Below are positions 58,484-64,000 of a stretch of 64,000 nucleotides of DNA, one piece after another. Made by a program: the position numbers and the translations under genes. The notes under the pieces were generated by a model that saw only the letters and a list, made by a program, of their open reading frames with translations, ran no database searches and was not told the DNA's origin. Source of the DNA: a bacterium (lineage in GTDB: Bacteria > Electryoneota > Electryoneia > Electryoneales > Electryoneaceae); contig OY769902.1 of assembly GCA_963669175.1 (NCBI GenBank), positions 2,816,001-2,880,000 on the forward strand, read 5' to 3'. The first letter of the stretch is position 1. The number at the start of each line of letters is the position of its first letter.

Positions 58484-60103
58484 CTACCCCAGTGAGCCGT
58501 TTTTTTTGTTGTTGAGAATGATATCAAGATCCCTGGGAAGCTGAATCGTAAATGTCGTGCCTTTTCCTTCTTCGCTGGAAACAGTGATTTGTCCGTGATG
58601 ATCCTGCAAAATCCGGTAACAGATCGCCAGTCCCAATCCTGTCCCGACGCCTACACCCTTGGTAGTATACCCCGGATCAAACACCCGGCTAAGCTTATCT
58701 TTCGGAATCCCATGACCGTTATCAGCAATCTGAACCGTTACGTTTTCTTTGTCCTCTCTGGTACGGATTGTAATGATGCCTTTCCCTTCGGGGAATGCCT
58801 GGACTGCATTAACGATGAGGTTCAACCAAACCTGGTTTAACTGAGCCGGAAAACAGGGGACCGGTGAAAGGTCGCCAAATTCTTTTACAACCTTGACCTT
58901 ATCTTTCAACTCATGGTGAATCAGTTGCAGGGTACTCTCGATACCTTCGTGAAGATCCGCGCGTTGCAGTTCAGCCTGATCAAGTCGGGCAAAAGACTTG
59001 AGTTGTTTGACGATGCGAGCTACACGATCACTACCGTCAGCAATGACACGGTTTGCATCATTGATCACCTGCATATTAGCCTGCCATTTATGTTCAGTTT
59101 CAGATTGCAGGTCAGCACAATTGCCGATTTCATTGATGTGTTCAATTGCTGTACGTAATGTCGAATGCATGGAGCGAATTGCCCCCATGGGGGTGTTGAT
59201 TTCATGCGCAACACCTGCGACCAGTTGACCAAGTGAGGCCATCTTTTCTGCCTGTGCCATTCGAGCATGGGCGTCCTGCAACTGCTCGGTTCTCTCTTCT
59301 ACACGTTTTTCCAGTAGCAAATTCATCTCATCAACCCGGGCGAACTGGTATCGTACAATCGCGATGTAGAAGAGCAACACGGCAAGCGGAAAGGCTGTGA
59401 ATGGATAGATCTGAGTGGAAGAATCGAAAATCAAAGGAAGAATTACGAAGAGTAAAGCTGCCGGACCATAAATCAAGCCGAACGCGATGAGATTCAACGC
59501 CAGGAATTCCCTGTATGAACGGCTGTCAGATTTTCGATAGGCATAACTTAAAATATACATGATTTTGGTTATAGCAACGCAGAGAATAAAAAAGCTAAAA
59601 TAGACCAATGGCCCATATTCGATTTTATAAACGTGAGTTGCGTGAGGATTTACCGTAATACCTGAAATAAACCAGTCTGTGCTGAGAAGCAGGGCTAGAA
59701 TGATTGACGCGATGACAATCATGCCAGTAAAATAATAACGTAGCGGAATCCTGACCCCGAACATGGTAAGCAATTCACCACTGACCATTGAAACACCGAT
59801 ATGGCGTCCGAATATGGTGAACTCCTGTTCGTAGCGTGCCAGCATGGCAGAATAATAGACAGCGAAAAGTGCGGATAATAAAGCAAAGAAGGGGGCAAAC
59901 CTGATAACAGTGTTGACGTGATCAATATTTTCAAGTCTTGTTGCAGCAAATACGAATGACGATGCGGTTCCCAGCATGAAACAGAAGATTGAAAACAGCT
60001 TCCACATATGATCGCCCTTACGTGAAAAAAGGGCAACGAGAGCCAGCGAATAAAGGAAGGCGGCGCTGATCAAAGGAGGTATGGAAACCGGTAGTACTGG
60101 CAT
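58484..60103 (-). CDS. Multi-TM sensor histidine kinase
   Basis: About 7 TM helices; AHEINTP, LNQVWLNLIVNA, DNGHGI, GTGLGL. Confidence 0.93.
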   Translation of the reverse strand: MPVLPVSIPPLISAAFLYSLALVALFSRKGDHMWKLFSIFCFMLGTASSFVFAATRLENIDHVNTVIRFAPFFALLSALFAVYYSAMLARYEQEFTIFGRHIGVSMVSGELLTMFGVRIPLRYYFTGMIVIASIILALLLSTDWFISGITVNPHATHVYKIEYGPLVYFSFFILCVAITKIMYILSYAYRKSDSRSYREFLALNLIAFGLIYGPAALLFVILPLIFDSSTQIYPFTAFPLAVLLFYIAIVRYQFARVDEMNLLLEKRVEERTEQLQDAHARMAQAEKMASLGQLVAGVAHEINTPMGAIRSMHSTLRTAIEHINEIGNCADLQSETEHKWQANMQVINDANRVIADGSDRVARIVKQLKSFARLDQAELQRADLHEGIESTLQLIHHELKDKVKVVKEFGDLSPVPCFPAQLNQVWLNLIVNAVQAFPEGKGIITIRTREDKENVTVQIADNGHGIPKDKLSRVFDPGYTTKGVGVGTGLGLAICYRILQDHHGQITVSSEEGKGTTFTIQLPRDLDIILNNKKNGSLG

Positions 60104-60171
60104 CTTGTATTTTCACTTGGAAAGTTAGACAGTATCATTTAAGATACGAAAAATTCCCGGTGAAATGCTGC

Positions 60172-61617
60172 TCATGCGACTCGGTTGAAAGATGCGCCGC
60201 TTCGAGGGGGAAACTCGGCCAGTTTTTTCGTGGAAGGACGAGAAGAAGAGGTGGAATTGCTGTTGCGTCTATACGATTCAGCGGCTCGTTTTAATGGACC
60301 GTTTTCATCAAGTATCATTCCTGATTGCTGCATGGAATTTGCCTGGATGACGCCGTTACCCATTGCAGCCTGCCCAACGGAGCCGCCGTTCTGATTGCCT
60401 GACATGATCCCGTTTTGATTGCCCTGATCATCAGATGTTGCATGATTTTCATTCTCGCCAAAAGCATCAGCAGCCGGTGATTGCCTGTTATAGGATTCGA
60501 TGGGCGAGAACGGAGATGTGTCGTCCTGAACCCCCATGGCCGATGTGGGCTGCTCCGATGTGTCGCCTGGTTGAGGCTGCGAAGGCGCGGGATCTGTTAT
60601 CGCAAATGGATTGACATCAACTGGTGCGACTGCCGGATAGGTTGATTCTTCAGGTTGTTCTTCGGATTCTGACGGTGAAGTGATTCCATTCCGTGATGTA
60701 TCTTCTTCCGGTTCAGTCTTTTTAACTGCCGGATCTGCCTGTTCTGTCTGATCTGCGCCTGTTTGGCTTGTTTCTTCGGATTCCGTTGCTTGAGAAGCGC
60801 GTTCATCATTGATTTCTTTCTGGGCCTCGGTGGCGACCTGGCGGGCTTCGGCAGCAACTTTACGATCCTGCGCCGATGGTTCAGCGGGGGCAAGAGCCGC
60901 ACGTTCCGCCTGCTGGGCGTTTCGCATGCGTTCTTCCGGTTCATCGCCACCGCCGACACTAATACTGACATGGCCGCCTGTCGCGTACTGACGTCCGTCC
61001 GGACCCTTTTCATAATCATACTGTGCGCCGCCACTGGCTAGATGTCCGGCTGCGGCCAGGTGAGCCTGTTCATGCTGACGAACTTCCGTGTCACGCTTTT
61101 TCAGTTCCTCGACTTCTTTTGCTTCGTCCTTGGATAATTCCTGGCTGGTGGCTGGTGTTTTTGATGATCCCGATTTTTCCTCATCATCGCTTGAGGTTGT
61201 TTTATCTGTCTTCTCGTCTGACGTATTGTCTATTGGAGAAAGACTGACATCCGGTTCAGAGGATTGAGAATAGGAGTCGCTGATGGATGTCAACCCCGGT
61301 TGTGCTTCAGCCTGGTCGTCCTGTTGAGTCTGTTCAGGTTGGCTAATCAGGCTTGCAGCATCATCTTTCTCTTCGTCGTCGTTTTGTTGGTTGTTCAGTG
61401 CGCTTTGATACCGTTCATAGGCGCTGGAAGAGATGGAAGCGCTGTCCTGATAGCCGCAGCAATAGGGGGGATGCCCGCCACACTTGGGGCAAACTTCTTC
61501 ATCGTCGGGTATGGTCGAGATGGCGCGGTTCAGGAGCGGAGAAAGCCCAGCCTGGAATCCGGCGCTCCGGACTCCGGCGGACATACGTCCTGAAATAATC
61601 ATGGATTCGCTTGCCAT
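60172..61617 (-). CDS. SprA-related family protein (largely disordered)
   Basis: LKKRDTEVRQHEQAH, GPDGRQYATGGHVSI, ALAPAEPSAQDRKVAA. Confidence 0.85.
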   Translation of the reverse strand: MASESMIISGRMSAGVRSAGFQAGLSPLLNRAISTIPDDEEVCPKCGGHPPYCCGYQDSASISSSAYERYQSALNNQQNDDEEKDDAASLISQPEQTQQDDQAEAQPGLTSISDSYSQSSEPDVSLSPIDNTSDEKTDKTTSSDDEEKSGSSKTPATSQELSKDEAKEVEELKKRDTEVRQHEQAHLAAAGHLASGGAQYDYEKGPDGRQYATGGHVSISVGGGDEPEERMRNAQQAERAALAPAEPSAQDRKVAAEARQVATEAQKEINDERASQATESEETSQTGADQTEQADPAVKKTEPEEDTSRNGITSPSESEEQPEESTYPAVAPVDVNPFAITDPAPSQPQPGDTSEQPTSAMGVQDDTSPFSPIESYNRQSPAADAFGENENHATSDDQGNQNGIMSGNQNGGSVGQAAMGNGVIQANSMQQSGMILDENGPLKRAAESYRRNSNSTSSSRPSTKKLAEFPPRSGASFNRVA

Positions 61618-61685
61618 CGTTCGCTCCGTTGACTTGTACCTCAAGCCACAACAACGAAACAGGTCGATGGTCACCCTCAATTATC

Positions 61686-61713
61686 CTATCGGCAAGATTA
61701 TCCATAAGCTTTA
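61686..61713 (-). promoter_or_regulatory. Putative sigma28 promoter
   Basis: Minus strand TAAA-N16-GCCGATAG, about 70 nt before ATG 61617. Confidence 0.7.
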
Positions 61714-61997
61714 CTATTTTATCGCATAGTGTGTTCTGCTATTTCCTCCGAAGTTGGTGCAGATGGTATTGTGTCTAGCGCAATTAGTGCAGTTGGTATC
61801 GTGTCTAACGTAATCTGAGGATGATTAGCCTGCTTTAGCAGGCTCCTCTTAGCACCCGGCTTTAGCCGGGTGGGTGATTCTATCCAAATGGAAGAGCGCG
61901 CTTCAGCGTGCTTTCACTTGTGATCCAAGTATGATTCTGGAAAGCACCCTGAAGGGCGCTTGGTAATGATTTGTTAGCTGTTCCCCCGGCTGAAGCC

Positions 61998-62393
61998 CTG
62001 TCTCTTGCTCACATCTTCGTGTTTCTGCCACCCCAGAGGGGGTGGTATATTTTAGCGTAGGGTAGACGCTGTCTGTTTAGCGTCTACCCTACGAAAAAGA
62101 TCAAACCTTATCTCAACCCTGGAAGGGTTGCATAACGTATAATTTACACCCAATTGATTTATAAAGGATATAAATTACGTTATTACCTGTAATAATTGAA
62201 TAAACTAATATTGACTGCTCATTATGCAACCCTTCCAGGGTTGATTGTTCGTTAGAAATCCTGACATAGTGTACAGGCCAAACAGACGGCCTGTACACTA
62301 TGCTAAAATAGGGAATCCCGCCGGGATTCTAAAAATGCGATGTCCACAATCCTTTTGCTGATAAAGCTTTCAGAGGATGTGGGTAAGAGACAG
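61998..62393. mobile_element. IS4/IS50-like MITE with 10-bp target-site duplication
   Basis: TIRs CTGTCTCTTGCTCACATCTTC / GAGGATGTGGGTAAGAGACAG (18/21); GGCTGAAGCC at both 61988-61997 and 62394-62403. Confidence 0.88.
62028..62329. repeat. Six-hairpin palindromic cassette, copy 2
   Basis: Perfect 15-bp stems at 62056-62093 and 62265-62302 with loops GTCTGTTT / AAACAGAC; 23-nt inverted pair 62113-62135 / 62222-62244. Confidence 0.85.
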
Positions 62394-62617
62394 GGCTGAA
62401 GCCGGGGGCTAAGAGGAGCAGGCTAAAGCCTGCTAAGAGAGTATGGTCTATTAAAACGCATTGACTCGACAGTTACGCCAATAAGGAGTGCCTACCGAGG
62501 TAAATCCAGTTGCCCATTCGAAATTGCGTGGACTTCAGAGAACTACTCAATATGTTGGTATTTTTTATTCTGTCATGTATGTTCGAGCATCGTTAGAATA
62601 CTACAAAAGGAGGAGCG

Positions 62618-63787
62618 ATGAGTCGCCCGCATACATACAAGGATAACAGCTTTAAACCAACATTATTCAACCAGATAGAAGAAGCAATCAAGGCCAGTAG
62701 TGACCCGGATGCGTTGATTGCTCTTCATGTCGGTGATACCTGGTTTGACCTTCCGAAAGAATTGAATCAGCCGTTGGAGTCGGAGCCCTGGAACGAACGT
62801 CTGTCCCGTTATGGCGCTACACAGGGGGAGATCGAACTCAGAAATCGGCTCTTTCAAAAGCTGACCACGAAAAATCAACTTCCGCTTTCCGGGCCACAGG
62901 AAGTTCAGCTTGTGTTCGGAGCGACCGGCGGTCTTTTCCTTACCATGAGCAAGCTGATGAATCCCGGCGATGAAATCCTGACCCTGGCGCCTTATTGGGC
63001 AATCCTCCGTGTGGTTGCATCGACTGCCGGGGTGAAACTGGTGGAAGTGCCGACTTTTGATCGTCTGCCTGATCCTTCAGATACACAGGCGATGGCGGAG
63101 ATGCTGGATACTTACCGAACCGATAAAACAGTAGCAGTATACTTCAACAGCCCGAATAATCCTTCCGGGGTACAGTTGAAACGTGGGCATCTGGAATCCA
63201 TCGCGGAATATGCTCAAAAGCATGATCTGTGGGTATTGTCCGATGAAGCCTACGAAGATTTCGTCTGGTCAGATGATCCCCATATTTCAATAGGTACGCT
63301 GGACGGCATGTATGAACGTACTGTTTCCATCTTTACCATGTCCAAATCGTATGCCGGAGCGGGATTACGGCTGGGTTGTGTCGCTGCGCCACAGGGGGTG
63401 ATTGCTGCGCTGAATCCATCTCATGTGGGGGTGGGGTATGAGCCGAACCGTCTGGCGCAGGTTCAGTGGATTCGTGGCCTGGAACGTAGCGAGGTGATTA
63501 TCAACAGCTTGAAGATCGCCTATCATGAAGGTTTGAGAGCTGTGGAAGAGAACTGCACGGTTCCTTACCTGGCGCCGGAAGGTTCCTTCTATGTATTCCT
63601 GGACTTGCGTGATCGATGGCAGGGATTGAGCGGTGACGAGAAACTAAAACGTATGCTCGATGCCGGTGTGGTGCTGTCCACAGGGGAAGCGTTCGGGAAT
63701 GATTACAACGGTTGGGCTCGCTTCTGCTACACCGCCGAACCGCCGGAACGTATCGCTGAAGCCGCACGAAGAGTTGCGAATTTGTAA
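62618..63787 (+). CDS. PLP-dependent aminotransferase class I/II
   Basis: NSPNNPSG, SDEAYE, SKSYAGAGLRLG; RBS AGGAGG. Confidence 0.92.
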   Translation: MSRPHTYKDNSFKPTLFNQIEEAIKASSDPDALIALHVGDTWFDLPKELNQPLESEPWNERLSRYGATQGEIELRNRLFQKLTTKNQLPLSGPQEVQLVFGATGGLFLTMSKLMNPGDEILTLAPYWAILRVVASTAGVKLVEVPTFDRLPDPSDTQAMAEMLDTYRTDKTVAVYFNSPNNPSGVQLKRGHLESIAEYAQKHDLWVLSDEAYEDFVWSDDPHISIGTLDGMYERTVSIFTMSKSYAGAGLRLGCVAAPQGVIAALNPSHVGVGYEPNRLAQVQWIRGLERSEVIINSLKIAYHEGLRAVEENCTVPYLAPEGSFYVFLDLRDRWQGLSGDEKLKRMLDAGVVLSTGEAFGNDYNGWARFCYTAEPPERIAEAARRVANL

Positions 63788-64000
63788 ACCGTAGCCCGGC
63801 CATGCCTGGCCGGGATCCGGCTTAGGGATGCATCATTGGCCTCCGTTCAGGGGGCTTTTCTGTTTTCTTTGAGCCACTTGCATTAGCATGATCAACAGAA
63901 TGCGGTTATTTTACTGATCGCAAAGCAGTTCGCATTTTCAGAAAAGTGATGCAGCAATAGGGAAACTCTCATGGATAGCACGACCATCAAACGTATCGGG

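Larger units (their letters stand above)
61825..62436. repeat. Six-hairpin REPIN-like element (TTTA/TTCA loops) interrupted by a MITE
   Basis: Inverted termini TTAGCCTGCTTTAGCAGGCTCCTCTTAG / CTAAGAGGAGCAGGCTAAAGCCTGCTAA. Confidence 0.8.

Noticed and set aside
61998-62393. Nextera/Tn5 adapter contamination
   Set aside because: Each end differs from the mosaic end at three positions, the ends face inward as a TIR pair, and they are flanked by an exact 10-bp duplication

Overview
A bacterial window of about 50% GC. Two proteins end in NPFNP-type T9SS-like C-terminal tails and one is a gingipain-like C25 protein, which suggests an FCB-superphylum lineage (inference). Positions 1-30.9 kb are a flagellar cluster: fliA (partial), an HDOD protein, a GAF-PAS-HisKA protein, a TPR membrane protein, flgFGAHIJNKL behind a sigma54-type promoter, a 13-kb glycosyltransferase island (GT2-TPR, three GT9 domains, three CgeB-like domains), a minimal flagellin with a sigma28 promoter, fliD, fliS and a FlgM-like protein with a duplicated motif. 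The rest holds a GT4, the C25 protein, a TonB protein, a small putative defence patch (HTH-ImmA/IrrE + DUF4411 PIN, and an AT-rich DUF2971-like gene), a BNR-repeat protein, aspC-pckA, an AttEFGH-like ABC/lipocalin set, a sensor kinase, a SprA-related protein and an aminotransferase. The least explained signal is non-coding. A six-hairpin palindromic cassette occurs three times with different stems, twice as cargo inside unrelated IS-like shells, and one of those shells is nested in the third cassette. A second REP-like array family occurs at four loci, and 47-nt direct repeats follow the defence-like genes. All family assignments come from motif recognition, not database searches.
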